From: a virus
Lineage: Duplodnaviria; Caudoviricetes
Reading direction: 5' to 3' (one strand)
IMG/VR virus record: IMGVR_UViG_3300031555_004309
Coordinates: 33,440-97,439 of that record
DNA: 64,000 nucleotides
Shown: positions 38,201-49,043 of the stretch, one piece after another
Layout of the letters: every line of letters begins with the position of its first letter
Position numbering within the stretch: the stretch's first letter is position 1
Made by a program: the position numbers and the translations under genes
The notes under the pieces: model-generated
Told to the model about the DNA's origin: nothing
The model's database searches: none
What the model saw: only the letters and a program-made list of their open reading frames with translations

Positions 38201-40225
38201 AATAGAAATCTTACCATCTGTAATGTAACTCTTTTCTACATCCTCAACATACATTTTTGTTACAATTTCATCACTTTCAAGTTTTCGAGTTATACTTGAA
38301 AGATTAATACCTTTATGGAAGCCAGCAAAATTATCTCGTAATGCACTTTCTTTATACCAAAATTCTTTGACGAGCGCGCCGTCTTCGTTTCTATGCACTT
38401 CAAATACTGGCCATACCCTAAATAATTCAGCAATTTCTTGAATTATATTAAAGCGATTAGATTTACTAATTACAAGGGTTCTTATTTTATCTACTTGACC
38501 ACTACCAAATCTTGCATAATTCCATTTACCATTTGTGATACCATTTCTTTCTACTTTATAATATTGATAATAGTAATTATCAGTAGAAAGTTGATATATT
38601 TTATTATCCTCTCCAGTTTCAGGTAGTTCAGAAACAAGTTGGATTGGTAAAGGCTTATTCTCTACAATAGAAGTAACTCCATCTACTTTCGCTAATTTAT
38701 ATTCGGCATTATTTATATCATCAAAAGATACGAATTCTAATTCATCATCTATAAAAGGATCTTCGTGAACCTCAACATTTGTAGAAAGTTGAATTTTATA
38801 ATTGTCACGATAAAAATATCTTACCTTTTTATCATAATATGCATCAATATCTTCACCCGCATCAGAAGGAAGTAGCATTTTATTTAGTTGCGCCGCAGTT
38901 GCTGATGCCCCATTCGCAAGTGAGGCTATGAGAGAGACTTGAGATGCTTCATCTTTTCCCTGTGCCTTAAAAAACTCAACACTAATTACATCTGTCGTAC
39001 CAGCAATTTCTGTATAAAGATAAAAATATGGGTTTGAAATATTTGTAGTTGGCTTTATGACATAATAAGTATTGGGTTTAAAATCCATAAGGACTTTATA
39101 TTTAAACCTATCATTCATATCTTTTGCATTTTTATATTGATTATGAATATAAAGACCTTTAAAGATATTTTTATTACCTTTTGTAGTATATCTAAAAATA
39201 TAAGGTTGATAGGCTTGTAAAATTGTTCTATTGTTTGTCATTGTATCATTTAACAGATAAGATGGATTTGAATTAGAATTAGAAATTTGAAGATAATATT
39301 CACCATTATCTTGATAAGGTCCTACCACATATGGAGTACCTGTCGAGAGCGCTTTCCAACCTATTGAATCTGTAAAATCATCACCATTAGAAATAAGATT
39401 CTTCGCAGGTATCGTCTGCGTCATATCCATCATTTCTGCACAATAGAAAGGCTTATAATAACCATCCTTCACTTCTGCAAGAGTTTCCAATTGATACGCA
39501 TATTGAGATATTTCAGGTATGAATTTATAAGTATGAGAAGGAATAGGTGTATAAACTTCATCAAATCTCTGCTGCTCTTCATTCCACTGTACATCAGTAA
39601 GATATTCAATTAAAGTTCCTGTTTTATCTTCTCTATATACCCAATCTGTTCCCGCCGCAACTTGTTTTGAAAAATCGTGAATTGTTCCCAATCCATTTCC
39701 AACTTCAATATCATCAGAAAACTGAATTTCATAACCAGTTTTTGAAAGTTCTTCTACATACGCATCAGTACAAGAATAAGTATAAGAAATAATACCTTTA
39801 TCATCCTTATCTTCTTTATCATTTACAACCATAAAATAAGTATCATAAACAGTTTCTTGTCCTTTTAGAATATCTTTTTTCTTTGCATAAGGCTTATTCT
39901 CCTTACGGTATTCTAAATTTTCTCGTCTGACTTCAATCTTACATTTATTGGTCAAGTATTTAACTAACTCATTATCTACTAGTGCGCCCGCATCTTCATC
40001 AAAATACTTAGCATCAAGACTAAAACTCAAAGTGTGCGTTCCATCTATCTTTGTATAAAATTCCACATCGTGAACTTGCCAAGAATAATTCGCATCGCTT
40101 GAACCAATCTCTAATACTGGTCTGCTTACATATCCACCAACAAATGCAGATTCAGGAAACAAAGAAGTATCTAAAAACTCTTCTGTGAGTAAAATTTGAT
40201 ATTTTCTTTTTTCCACTCCTTTCAC
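35231..40225 (-). CDS. Tail-associated lysin/central fibre with C-terminal M23 peptidase and phage-tail-lysozyme domains
   Basis: Position after Dit; HTGID, LYGH, GPHVHLE (M23); GICGNVYGECSF, FVRVYEYP (tail lysozyme). Confidence 0.85.
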   Translation of the reverse strand: MKGVEKRKYQILLTEEFLDTSLFPESAFVGGYVSRPVLEIGSSDANYSWQVHDVEFYTKIDGTHTLSFSLDAKYFDEDAGALVDNELVKYLTNKCKIEVRRENLEYRKENKPYAKKKDILKGQETVYDTYFMVVNDKEDKDDKGIISYTYSCTDAYVEELSKTGYEIQFSDDIEVGNGLGTIHDFSKQVAAGTDWVYREDKTGTLIEYLTDVQWNEEQQRFDEVYTPIPSHTYKFIPEISQYAYQLETLAEVKDGYYKPFYCAEMMDMTQTIPAKNLISNGDDFTDSIGWKALSTGTPYVVGPYQDNGEYYLQISNSNSNPSYLLNDTMTNNRTILQAYQPYIFRYTTKGNKNIFKGLYIHNQYKNAKDMNDRFKYKVLMDFKPNTYYVIKPTTNISNPYFYLYTEIAGTTDVISVEFFKAQGKDEASQVSLIASLANGASATAAQLNKMLLPSDAGEDIDAYYDKKVRYFYRDNYKIQLSTNVEVHEDPFIDDELEFVSFDDINNAEYKLAKVDGVTSIVENKPLPIQLVSELPETGEDNKIYQLSTDNYYYQYYKVERNGITNGKWNYARFGSGQVDKIRTLVISKSNRFNIIQEIAELFRVWPVFEVHRNEDGALVKEFWYKESALRDNFAGFHKGINLSSITRKLESDEIVTKMYVEDVEKSYITDGKISIAETTLNPWGERYYYNFRHYIEHKLVGPEIDRDKEELYRQVKVLNENEKETYDKYNTYYKTYRDNQDKIKLYSYQISACTETMTSLKETIDGLVKEGADEALPDLVNARSSYKNQSKQKSKYKKESDKLQKQNDKIKIKLDNLSASVTSIDTQKKTLISQFETKYSQFIKEGTWVDSSYADSSTYYIDSQKVSNTSAIPKASWTINVIDGGGAEELKDFFFKVGDKTFLVDNDFFYRPTEEGRDYKFEILITGYHDYFDNSQKNQIEVRNYLTSFEDLFQRISAATQTLELNEQIYDKADRFTANGEISSAILQKSLINNNFVLTSSDDNSYELDVEGLKLQSIPNPTKRVRITADGIFISKQTGDNGEPVWSTGITGDGINASLITAGEIDTSLIKIFGGSGQELFAWNELGITAYHSHSTSGTKDTSKYFTRFDQFGLYVIEGDSDFNYNQEGSTWFKDITRTDAINKIQDKALVSITDNGFKLNIKKSQGRLTLGFLNEQKSDYGLLIERKLSGDSDFKTIAKLSSNGYSELGGFDIGSSGLHSKDQRLSYYTTGILMHDYNTNGEPIEFVADLSGLPFYATHSVLGKLDITPLTGWNFKQNHFWFGQYNLSDISHTSIHGDGSTGTLWVTKLYVNGQEVVPGGSGGGDGTFINPLNNYNDIYKSADYPKYPSGGRHTGIDYCCSSGTLNKQVVAIHDGTIESVTHSSTGYGNHVVINHPDYQIRSLYGHASSIATNPSTGQEWQHGDSVQKGQVIMYAGESGNVTGPHVHLEIRVPPYTYDRDDIDPETYVAVVNKNLPATNVMSQSQIATAQRIINYLTVRGLTTSAAVGICGNVYGECSFDYSQKVIDSDGYWAGGMCMWNDHYGNLTRMSNYVASHYPDNPDWRTNLEGQCDYLVYDMKGNYSETSGTYQSRLKSTNEQGVIHDPTNTITLFSYLKMPPNTWVGAQKVADTFVRVYEYPGSIETASENRQKWAREVWNKLINS

Positions 40226-40231
40226 CTCCTA

Positions 40232-41452
40232 TTAATAATACTTATAATTATATTTTACCTCAATTTTGAACTTTTGTCCAATAATAGAGTTCGGCACTGA
40301 AATTTTTAATCTACTTCTACCTTGAGGAACTTCAGTCCAATTTGAATTCTCAATTAAGTCATATCTCATATCATAAATTTTATTCATATCTAATGAAGGA
40401 TAGACTTTTACAGTATGGTCTTTTGAATTGAGAAGAATATGATTATTTTTGAATAAACTTTGAGTATTGAAAGATAAGGAATATCCTTTATCTAACCATT
40501 CATAGTAACTTTCAGGTATTTCATTTGGTAAATTCCAATAATTTTTAAGGCGAGGTACTTGTAATTGAATATCAATTATTTTTTTCTCTGTAATCTTTTC
40601 AGTACCATTATTAATGTCAAAAAATATTTGTATATTCGCAGGTTTATCACCTGGATTATAAAGAGGAATATAATATACATTCGTTCCTTCAGTTGAGTCT
40701 TCGGTACTCTGATATGGAACATTTATATTCTTCTCTTTGAATTTTCTTTCTGTTAATAGGCCTGATGCTTTACCCCATTCATCATTCGCCGCGTCCCAAT
40801 CGGTAGGAGGAATGTACTCATCTAAAAATTGCCAATTAGTTTTTCCAGTATATCTCAACCCATATTCAATCGTCATTTTATTGCTGTCATCTGCGCAGTA
40901 GCCAAATGGATCGTATGCGATGAAATTGAATTCTCCTTCTCCTTTATATATACGACGCTTATTACCGACGGTAATAGGAGAAGTTGTGAAGCTGAATTCT
41001 TGTGGCTCATTTGGAGAATGCGCGGGAGGATTCTTTGAAAAACCGTCATATATAGGAGTAAAGTCAGTGGGGCCGCCTGAGTAGCCATCTATATCTTCTT
41101 CTTCCGAAAAACATACATAATTAAGGATAGGACGAGAAGATAACTTTGCAAAATAAGTTTTATAAGGTCTTTCATCAAATTGAAGAGGTTTTAAATCTTC
41201 TGTTTCTATCCAACTACGAAGATTTCGAAGATTTTCCTCTGTCATACTATCAAAAGCAATTTGAATTTTAAAAGGAATTGGTTTATATTTTTGTCCTTGA
41301 TAAATGTCTCCATGCCCACCTGCAACAGATACCGAATAGTTTTCGAAGTCGGGAATAAGACCTTCCTCGAAACGAGAACCGTTGGAAGTACGGTATATGT
41401 TGTAGGTGGAAGAATGGATATGGTTAAAATAGAAACCTGTAAAATCTGCCAT
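40232..41452 (-). CDS. Distal tail protein (Dit)
   Basis: Between TMP and Tal; FTGFYFN, LQFDERPYKTY, FIAYDPFGY, NPGD motifs. Confidence 0.8.
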   Translation of the reverse strand: MADFTGFYFNHIHSSTYNIYRTSNGSRFEEGLIPDFENYSVSVAGGHGDIYQGQKYKPIPFKIQIAFDSMTEENLRNLRSWIETEDLKPLQFDERPYKTYFAKLSSRPILNYVCFSEEEDIDGYSGGPTDFTPIYDGFSKNPPAHSPNEPQEFSFTTSPITVGNKRRIYKGEGEFNFIAYDPFGYCADDSNKMTIEYGLRYTGKTNWQFLDEYIPPTDWDAANDEWGKASGLLTERKFKEKNINVPYQSTEDSTEGTNVYYIPLYNPGDKPANIQIFFDINNGTEKITEKKIIDIQLQVPRLKNYWNLPNEIPESYYEWLDKGYSLSFNTQSLFKNNHILLNSKDHTVKVYPSLDMNKIYDMRYDLIENSNWTEVPQGRSRLKISVPNSIIGQKFKIEVKYNYKYY

Positions 41453-41468
41453 TCTTCCACCTCCTTAA

Positions 41469-44400
41469 TTACTTTGATTTTTTAAGAATGTTGATATTAC
41501 GATAGCCTGAGGCTTGTTGAATTTTTGATTGAAGGTGAGATACTGCTTGGTCGACATCATAGTCAGAAGCAATTGAATCTACCTCGATTGTGATATTGTA
41601 TGTTGCATTTGAAGTTGATTGAGAGTTTGGATAAGTTGGAGCAGTTGAATCGAAAGCGATTGAAAGGATGTCGCGAAGTTTGGCAATGTTAGCAGTGTCT
41701 GCCGCGGAAAGAAATGCTTCGGGATTAGCTTTTGTGCCATCTACCCATGTTGGACCAGTGAAATCAACCAAACCACCTTTTGCATTAGTAAGCATTTTAG
41801 GAGTATTATATTTATTTTGCCCCGCAATAATTTGAGATATTTCTTCTAAAGTAAAAATTTCAGTTTCTGATTTAGCAAGCTTATTAAGAGAACCATTACC
41901 AGACTCAATTTCTCCTTCATTTTTCCCATAAAAATCACTTTCTTTCGCATATCTTGGAGAATCATTAAATTCTTGAAAACGAGAACGAATTCGATAATAC
42001 TTTGTTCCATCAATTTCAACTATACCAGAACCTGATTCATGATACCAACCTGCCTCTTTATTAGCATAATTAATATTACCATTTTTATCTTTTACTGTAA
42101 TTGGTCTTAAACTTGTTTTTGTATAAGGAGATAAAGTCGACGTAGTATTTTTAGAAGGATTTTGATCTTTCACATTATCAGTTGAAAAATTCGCAGCTTT
42201 TTCCTGAGCATCTTTTAAATCTCTCGCTGCTTCTGCTGCTTTTTTTATCGCTTCTCTTAAGTTATTATATGCACTTACTAAACTATCTCCATTTCCATCA
42301 ATAATGTTAACTAAATTACTATATTCTCCTGCTAATTCACTAACTGAACTTTGAACTCCTTCATTAGTAACCTTTGCATTATCTCCATATAACTTAATTG
42401 CCTCATCTAAATCAGTAGCAGATTCTTGCGCAAGGGTTATTGCTTGTTGAACAGAAGTAATACTTCCATCTTGAAGAACTTCTTTCGAGGCCTCTCCATT
42501 TCCAACTAACTCTGCATATTGTTGTTTAAGCAATTCTTTTTGAGCTTTACTTGCTTTTAAATATTCTTCATCATTATTCATAAACCAAGTAACTAAATCT
42601 GTATCTAATTGCTTAATTTCCTCATAATAATCTGTCATTAACTCTCTCTTTCTTTCAAGAGTTGTTTCAGTATAATATACATCCTTATCCATTGCTTCTG
42701 CCCGCGCATTATTTTCTTCTTCTAACTGATCTACCATTCGGTCTACTGCTTTATCGCTTAAATCTTGGTAATCTTGTTTAAGTTCTTTTTCTAATGCGCG
42801 AATTTCAGAAGAATAGATACCAGATGTATCCATCTTCATCATAGCAAGTTTTCTTTCTTTATCTCTTACTGCATCTTCATCATTTTTCTGTTCTCTTAAT
42901 GCGCGTTCTTTATCTATCATCTTACGCACGCTATCAAGATATTTATTATCTTCTTCTTTTATTGCATCATATTTCTTTTTAGTAAGTTCGAGTTCTTTAT
43001 CTTCTTTTTTCTGAATAACATCAATAAGTTTATTTTCAAGTTCAATAACATTTTCATATATCTCCTTATTAATGTTTTGAGTTTTGTCAAGACTGTCTTG
43101 AACTCCTTTTGTATATTTCTGAACAGCTTTTAATTCATCATTATAAGCCTTTACATTATCTTCAATGGCTTTCTTTTGTCCTTCTAATACTGCAAGGGTA
43201 ACTTCATTATTTTTAATTTTAGCATCTCGAATTTGTTCTTCAAGTGCTAACATTTTTTGTTGATCAATAATAATATTACCTTCTGCACCGAAGGATAAAT
43301 AGTCTTTTGTTTGAGAATTAGAATTAATAGCATTTCTACGTGCAAGTAAGTTACGTTCTGCGCCACGCTTACCTGCTATATTACCAGCCATTTGACGTTG
43401 AATTTCATTTAATTGAGATTTTAAATCTTTTGCAATTTCTTTTGGATTTGTAGAAAAACTAATTTCAAATTCAAGATTATCTATCTTATCCTTAATTCTA
43501 TCAAGTAATGCATCGAGATTAGAATATTTATCTACATTATTAAGATAGTCTACAAAATTTTGCCAAGCCTCTTTAATTCTATCCATTTTTTCTTTCATTT
43601 TTTCCAATGCAGGATCTACAGCGTGATCAATTTCTTGCTTAATAGTATTCGCCGACATTGTAATAAGAGTTTTATTTAACTCCATAGAAAGAATTTCTGC
43701 TTCAGCTTTTTCTTTTTCTGTTCCATCTGTCATAAGCGCAAGTTCTTGGCGTCTTTTCTTTATTCTTGCATCTAATAATGTTAAAATAACTTCTGTAGTA
43801 GTTTTTTCGCCAGTTGCTAAATCTACTTGTGCTTTCTGTAATAATGTGCTATTTAAACCGATACCTTTTGATGTATATGTAAGAGCATTATTAAAATTAT
43901 GAATCATTTCTATTGATTCTTTAAAATCTAACCCTTCAATTAAAATATTTAAAATTTGTTGCATTTGTTCTGCAGTTGCAGTTCCTTCACTTGCAGCATT
44001 CAATGCCTCTACACTATCTTTTAAAGAATCAATATTATTTTTGCAATATGTTGCTATATCTGCAGTATTTTCTAATGGTAACTCATCTAATCCACCAGCT
44101 AAATCTACAATCGTTTGAGAAGTAACTTTAGTAGATACATTTAATTGCTTCATTTGTTTAACAAATTTTTCAATCCCCTCTAAGTCACTTACATCTGCAG
44201 TATTTAGAGCATTTATTGCTTTTTCAAAATCATTTATATCTTTAATACCATTCTGAATATTTTGTTTAATAGTTAAATATTTTTGTCCTGCATCTTTACC
44301 ATAAACTTCTTGTAATTTTGCTGCAGTTTGTTGCATCGCTTTTATTTGCTCAAGAGTATATCCTTCAATAGTTTCTCCATCTAAAAGAATTACATTTTGA

Positions 44401-47400
44401 ATTGCGTTTAATTCATCTTTCGTAAAAGTAAAAGCATCTATAAGACTTTGTTTATATGCCTGATATTCAGGAGAATTTTTATTTATATCTAGTTCTTTAA
44501 GATAACTAGACATAATTTTATCCAAATCACTCGTTGCTAAAGACTCTGGAGTTAATGCTTTTCCAAAAATTTCTCCTAATTCTAACTTTTCAGATGAAAG
44601 AATTTTATTAAAAATCTTATTATAAGTTTCTTCATCTAATCCTTCCATATATCTTAAGAAATCTTCTTCAGTGAAATTTTCATCATCTGTAAAGGCCTTT
44701 GCAAATGCTTTTGCAAATTTTTCTTTGCTTTCTGCAGTAACAGAAAATTCAAAATCTATTTCACTTAAACTAACATTCAAAGTTTGCTCCCATGCTGCTT
44801 CTACTTGACTATATCCTTTAGTAATCATATCTCCTATTTCTGGAATTTTTTCTACTATTTGCATATAGTTATTATACCAAGTTTCTAATTGATGTTGGCT
44901 TGTAGCTTGAATATTTGATTCAGATAGTGTTTTTGAAAAAGTTTTAAAATCAGTTAAATCTTGATTTGCAGCGAGATCTCTAAATTTTTTAAATTGCTGT
45001 TCATTTATACTTGCCCCTGCACCAAATACAGTATTTAAATCTTGAGTCATAAAACTCTTTTTAGTACCAGAGAGATAACCTTCTAACATTTTTCGTAATT
45101 GTTCATTACGGTAAGCAGAAACTCCACCTTGTACAACCAACGGAGAAGCGGCTCCTAAAGTACCGACTGTAGCTAAATGTTCTCCTGCAATTTTAAGAGA
45201 TTCCACTATTTTACCATAACCAATTATATCTTTAGTAATTTTATTAGCTTGTTCTTTTGAACTTTTAGAACTAAGATTTAATGATTGAGAAAGATAATTT
45301 AATCTATTTTGTGCTTGTTCAAAAGAAGCAAAATCTTCACCATAAATACCTTGATTTACAAGCTCTTTATTTTTAGAAATATAAGCGTTCCTTTTCTCTT
45401 TGTTAAGTTTCTTTTGATTCTCCAATTCTAAAGCAATAGCATCTGCATTTCTAAGATGATAATTGCCTTCTTCATCAATATAATTTAATAAAGTAGGATA
45501 ATCTTCAGCAATAGATTGTTGAGCATTTTTTAATTCTTCCTGTTGTTCTGTCGTAAGAACAAGCATATCCTTGTATTTTTCAAGAATATTTAAGTTATCT
45601 TTTAATGCTTTTGTTTTTTGAACTTGATTTTGATACTCATCATATTTTTTACTTAGTTCATCTAATGCCTCAGAATTATCGGTAATAACTTTATGCTCTT
45701 TTTCCCATAATTTTAGTATTCCATATCCTGCGGCAACTAAAACTGCCATAGCAGCAATAATAAGTAATAAAGGACCATATGCTTCTAATTCTGCCGCAGC
45801 AAGAACTTTAAAACTAATTGAAGTGTTTTTATTTGAGAGATCAACACCTTTTTGTTTTAAGATATATAAAACATTCTCATCACTTAAAGCTTTTTTTGTT
45901 GCCCATTCTGTTAATTCAGTATGAATAAGTTTTTTAAAAGAAACTATTTCTCCGTTTTGAATTATACGAGATTTTAAAGAAACAGCATTATCTTTCTCTT
46001 TTAATCCTATATTTGTTGCAATTGTAGCACCTAATTTTTCTAATGCTTTATCAACTATAAAAGTTTTTGTTGCCCATAAACCTAAGCCACCAACTATAAG
46101 AGAAATATAAGGTCCAATTGCAGGTATTTTATTTATTTTATTAAAAATTCCAACAATACTATTACCAAGTTCAATAAACCATTTTATTGCACCACTTGTA
46201 ATAATACCAGAATAGAATTCTTGCCAAGCAGATTTTAATCTATTTAAACTTGTCTCAATACTCTCTTGTGCTTTAGCTAATTGTCTCGCGCCAGTTCCAG
46301 CAGAATTTTGTGCAACATCAACAAGTTCAAGCGTTCTATCATAATTTTCCATCATAGCAATAAAACGAGACTGTTGACGTGAACCCGCCGCCATGGTAGC
46401 GATATATCTTTGAGTATTCCTATCTAATCCATCCCATTTAGATGATAATTCCATAAAAACATCATCTAAATCTCTCATTTGGCCAGAAGTATCTAATAAA
46501 GTAATGCCAACTGTTTTTAAGGCTTTATCAACTTTGTTTATATCTGCTTGTTCAATAGCTTCACCATTTTCATCTATTGCATTTTTAACTTCACCAAATC
46601 TTGCAACAATCGTTTTTAATGCAGTACCTAAGTTTTCGGGTGCTTCACGAGTTGTTTCAATCATTTTAGTTAAGAAGACTTCTGTATTCTCAAGGCTTAC
46701 ACCTGCGTTTGCCGCAATTGATGCAGTTTTTGTTAAAGCAGTCATCAACTCTTCTGATGAAGTCGCTGCATTAGCACTCAATGCTGCAACAGTATCAGTA
46801 ACTCTTACTGCATCTTCTGCCGTTAACTTATAGGCGTTTAATGCCGCAGTTAATTTATTTGTTGCATCAGCATAGTCCATACCTGTGATTTTTGCAAGGG
46901 TTAAAGTTTGAGCAGTAAGTTTATTAACCTCTGCCATATCTTTACCTTGATGGTAGTAAAGATTTTGAACTTCAAGAATATTCTTAGTAGTAACACCATA
47001 TTCTTGAGCCATTTGGTTAACTTGAGAGAAAGATTGCCACATTTCTGCAGTTGAATATCTAGAAACAATAGCAATTTCATTAAATTCTTTATCAAGTTCT
47101 TGGAAATCCTTTACCGCTCCACGGACTACTCGTCTTAATACAGAAAATACAGAAGTGGCACTAAACAAATATTTGATACGATTCGTCAAATTCTGAATTG
47201 ATTTTTCTCTTTCAGAGAGTTCTTGAAGCCCTTGGCTTCCTTGCTTTGCTGCATCTCCAATTCCAATAAGTTTTTCAATTTGTTCATTTGCTGAATTAAC
47301 AACTGTTCCCCTATTTTGTTCTGCAGCTTGGCGAGCTTCTTCAAATCCTTTTTCAACATCTGTATTTGCGGCATCCGCTTGTTGTTGATATTGCTTCATA

Positions 47401-48032
47401 ATTGTAATACAACCACGAAGTTGTTGAGCAAACTTGTTTATTGCTGCCGCCTGAGCATTAAAAGTTTCTTGAGAAATATCTCCGCCTGCGAGCTTATTCT
47501 TTAGTTCTCCTAAAAGATAATCTTGACCTGATTTTAAACCAGCATAATCTCCTGCTTGCGCCGCCGCAATCATTTTTGGCGCAGTTTTATCTATTCTACC
47601 AAGAATCTGAGAACCTTTTACTCTTTCAATGGAGAAATTCCCCATTTTATCTTGCATTCCCTTAATTTTTTCGCTATATTCATCAAATACCTCTAATAAA
47701 TCTTTTACAGATTGAATATTACTTGCAAGATATTTATCAGTAAGTTCAAATCCCTTTAATTTTCCTTCCCATTGAGAAAGTTCAGTTGCAATATCTTTTA
47801 TACTATGCTCAAATGCAGCCAATTGCTTTGGAGTAGAACCACTACCAGGGATGTTGCTCATAACTTTTTTAAGTCTATTTTCAATATCCTGCAAGCCTTT
47901 AGAAGAACTTTCAAATAATTTATCACCAAGTTTTTCTTTTGACAAATCATTCTTAATCTTCTGAATTCCACTCATAATATCATTAGCATCTAATTTTCCG
48001 ACTAAAGAGAATTCAACTTGATTTTTCGGCAT
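41469..48032 (-). CDS. Tape measure protein
   Basis: 2187 aa helical protein, TP901-type core (LGTALKTIVARF, AGSRQQSRF), TM segments. Confidence 0.92.
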   Translation of the reverse strand: MPKNQVEFSLVGKLDANDIMSGIQKIKNDLSKEKLGDKLFESSSKGLQDIENRLKKVMSNIPGSGSTPKQLAAFEHSIKDIATELSQWEGKLKGFELTDKYLASNIQSVKDLLEVFDEYSEKIKGMQDKMGNFSIERVKGSQILGRIDKTAPKMIAAAQAGDYAGLKSGQDYLLGELKNKLAGGDISQETFNAQAAAINKFAQQLRGCITIMKQYQQQADAANTDVEKGFEEARQAAEQNRGTVVNSANEQIEKLIGIGDAAKQGSQGLQELSEREKSIQNLTNRIKYLFSATSVFSVLRRVVRGAVKDFQELDKEFNEIAIVSRYSTAEMWQSFSQVNQMAQEYGVTTKNILEVQNLYYHQGKDMAEVNKLTAQTLTLAKITGMDYADATNKLTAALNAYKLTAEDAVRVTDTVAALSANAATSSEELMTALTKTASIAANAGVSLENTEVFLTKMIETTREAPENLGTALKTIVARFGEVKNAIDENGEAIEQADINKVDKALKTVGITLLDTSGQMRDLDDVFMELSSKWDGLDRNTQRYIATMAAGSRQQSRFIAMMENYDRTLELVDVAQNSAGTGARQLAKAQESIETSLNRLKSAWQEFYSGIITSGAIKWFIELGNSIVGIFNKINKIPAIGPYISLIVGGLGLWATKTFIVDKALEKLGATIATNIGLKEKDNAVSLKSRIIQNGEIVSFKKLIHTELTEWATKKALSDENVLYILKQKGVDLSNKNTSISFKVLAAAELEAYGPLLLIIAAMAVLVAAGYGILKLWEKEHKVITDNSEALDELSKKYDEYQNQVQKTKALKDNLNILEKYKDMLVLTTEQQEELKNAQQSIAEDYPTLLNYIDEEGNYHLRNADAIALELENQKKLNKEKRNAYISKNKELVNQGIYGEDFASFEQAQNRLNYLSQSLNLSSKSSKEQANKITKDIIGYGKIVESLKIAGEHLATVGTLGAASPLVVQGGVSAYRNEQLRKMLEGYLSGTKKSFMTQDLNTVFGAGASINEQQFKKFRDLAANQDLTDFKTFSKTLSESNIQATSQHQLETWYNNYMQIVEKIPEIGDMITKGYSQVEAAWEQTLNVSLSEIDFEFSVTAESKEKFAKAFAKAFTDDENFTEEDFLRYMEGLDEETYNKIFNKILSSEKLELGEIFGKALTPESLATSDLDKIMSSYLKELDINKNSPEYQAYKQSLIDAFTFTKDELNAIQNVILLDGETIEGYTLEQIKAMQQTAAKLQEVYGKDAGQKYLTIKQNIQNGIKDINDFEKAINALNTADVSDLEGIEKFVKQMKQLNVSTKVTSQTIVDLAGGLDELPLENTADIATYCKNNIDSLKDSVEALNAASEGTATAEQMQQILNILIEGLDFKESIEMIHNFNNALTYTSKGIGLNSTLLQKAQVDLATGEKTTTEVILTLLDARIKKRRQELALMTDGTEKEKAEAEILSMELNKTLITMSANTIKQEIDHAVDPALEKMKEKMDRIKEAWQNFVDYLNNVDKYSNLDALLDRIKDKIDNLEFEISFSTNPKEIAKDLKSQLNEIQRQMAGNIAGKRGAERNLLARRNAINSNSQTKDYLSFGAEGNIIIDQQKMLALEEQIRDAKIKNNEVTLAVLEGQKKAIEDNVKAYNDELKAVQKYTKGVQDSLDKTQNINKEIYENVIELENKLIDVIQKKEDKELELTKKKYDAIKEEDNKYLDSVRKMIDKERALREQKNDEDAVRDKERKLAMMKMDTSGIYSSEIRALEKELKQDYQDLSDKAVDRMVDQLEEENNARAEAMDKDVYYTETTLERKRELMTDYYEEIKQLDTDLVTWFMNNDEEYLKASKAQKELLKQQYAELVGNGEASKEVLQDGSITSVQQAITLAQESATDLDEAIKLYGDNAKVTNEGVQSSVSELAGEYSNLVNIIDGNGDSLVSAYNNLREAIKKAAEAARDLKDAQEKAANFSTDNVKDQNPSKNTTSTLSPYTKTSLRPITVKDKNGNINYANKEAGWYHESGSGIVEIDGTKYYRIRSRFQEFNDSPRYAKESDFYGKNEGEIESGNGSLNKLAKSETEIFTLEEISQIIAGQNKYNTPKMLTNAKGGLVDFTGPTWVDGTKANPEAFLSAADTANIAKLRDILSIAFDSTAPTYPNSQSTSNATYNITIEVDSIASDYDVDQAVSHLQSKIQQASGYRNINILKKSK

Positions 48033-48077
48033 TTCTTATCTCACCACCTATATATAAAAATTTTTCTTTACTTATAT

Positions 48078-48110
48078 AAAAAGACCAAGTAAGCAATTGC
48101 TCACCTGGTC
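48078..48110 (-). terminator. Terminator upstream of the TMP gene
   Basis: GACCAGGTGAGC-AATT-GCTTACTTGGTC followed by TTTTT on the - strand. Confidence 0.7.
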
Positions 48111-48125
48111 TAACAATTTTCAACC

Positions 48126-48971
48126 TTAAAAGTCTGCATCTATATCCTCATTCAAAAAGGTATATCTACAAACATATTCGTGTCCTCTGTCTCCTACTGG
48201 ATACCCCATTATACTAAAATCATAAATATAAGGAGTCACTGCACTACCCAGCCGCATTGTTAAATCAGATGTAAGTTTTAACTTTGGGATTTCAATGAGA
48301 GCCGTACTCTCTTTACCCGTCTGATCGTCCTTTAATCTCGTCCTACCAGTGAGACATAAAAATCCTTTTACCGCGCGCTCACCAATAGATAAATTATCAT
48401 ATTCATTGGTATACTCATAATCATAATATACTTCATATATGCCATCATCTTCTGTCATATATTTCATACTTATATATATGATATGAGGATCATTATCATC
48501 TATATCAAAACATTCATCAGGGACTCGGACACCATTTCTTCTAATAAAAGTATTTTCCTTATCTCCGTGAATGGGATATTTCACTTCTATTCTCCAAACA
48601 CTATGGTCTTGTGCCAAATCTCCACTTTCTAGCTCACTCTTTTCTATTGTCTCATTATAAGGAATAAGAATATCGTCTTGTTGATGAGTAAGAAGTTTTG
48701 AATTTGATAACATACTAAGACCTGTTTTAGAAATAACTCCTTCTGAAAATCTCATTCCAATAGAAGTTGTATTTTCCCAAGTCACAAGAATACGATCTCC
48801 GTATCCTCCGTGCGCATACCATCTTCTTTTATTTTCATTTAAGTATGCAACTTGGATTTTATCAAAAGTGATAATAGGTTCATTTTTACGAAAATAAATT
48901 CCATTTATCTTCATATCTAATGTGGGTTTGAGAGTGACAGAGTATAATTCTTTTATTCCGAAGTCAGTCAT
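48126..48971 (-). CDS. Second tail-tube paralogue
   Basis: Aligns by eye with 49044-50078 (FGIKE/YGLKE, AHGGYG/ARGGKG, IPKLKLT/IPKAKMT). Confidence 0.7.
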   Translation of the reverse strand: MTDFGIKELYSVTLKPTLDMKINGIYFRKNEPIITFDKIQVAYLNENKRRWYAHGGYGDRILVTWENTTSIGMRFSEGVISKTGLSMLSNSKLLTHQQDDILIPYNETIEKSELESGDLAQDHSVWRIEVKYPIHGDKENTFIRRNGVRVPDECFDIDDNDPHIIYISMKYMTEDDGIYEVYYDYEYTNEYDNLSIGERAVKGFLCLTGRTRLKDDQTGKESTALIEIPKLKLTSDLTMRLGSAVTPYIYDFSIMGYPVGDRGHEYVCRYTFLNEDIDADF

Positions 48972-48993
48972 AAAAATTCACTCCTTAGAAAAT

Positions 48994-49015
48994 AGGGAGG
49001 GATTTCTCCCTCCCT
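48994..49015 (-). terminator. Hairpin after the major tail gene
   Basis: AGGGAGGGA/TCCCTCCCT stem. Confidence 0.7.
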
Positions 49016-49043
49016 TAAAAGTTGAGTATTAAGTTTTATTGGA

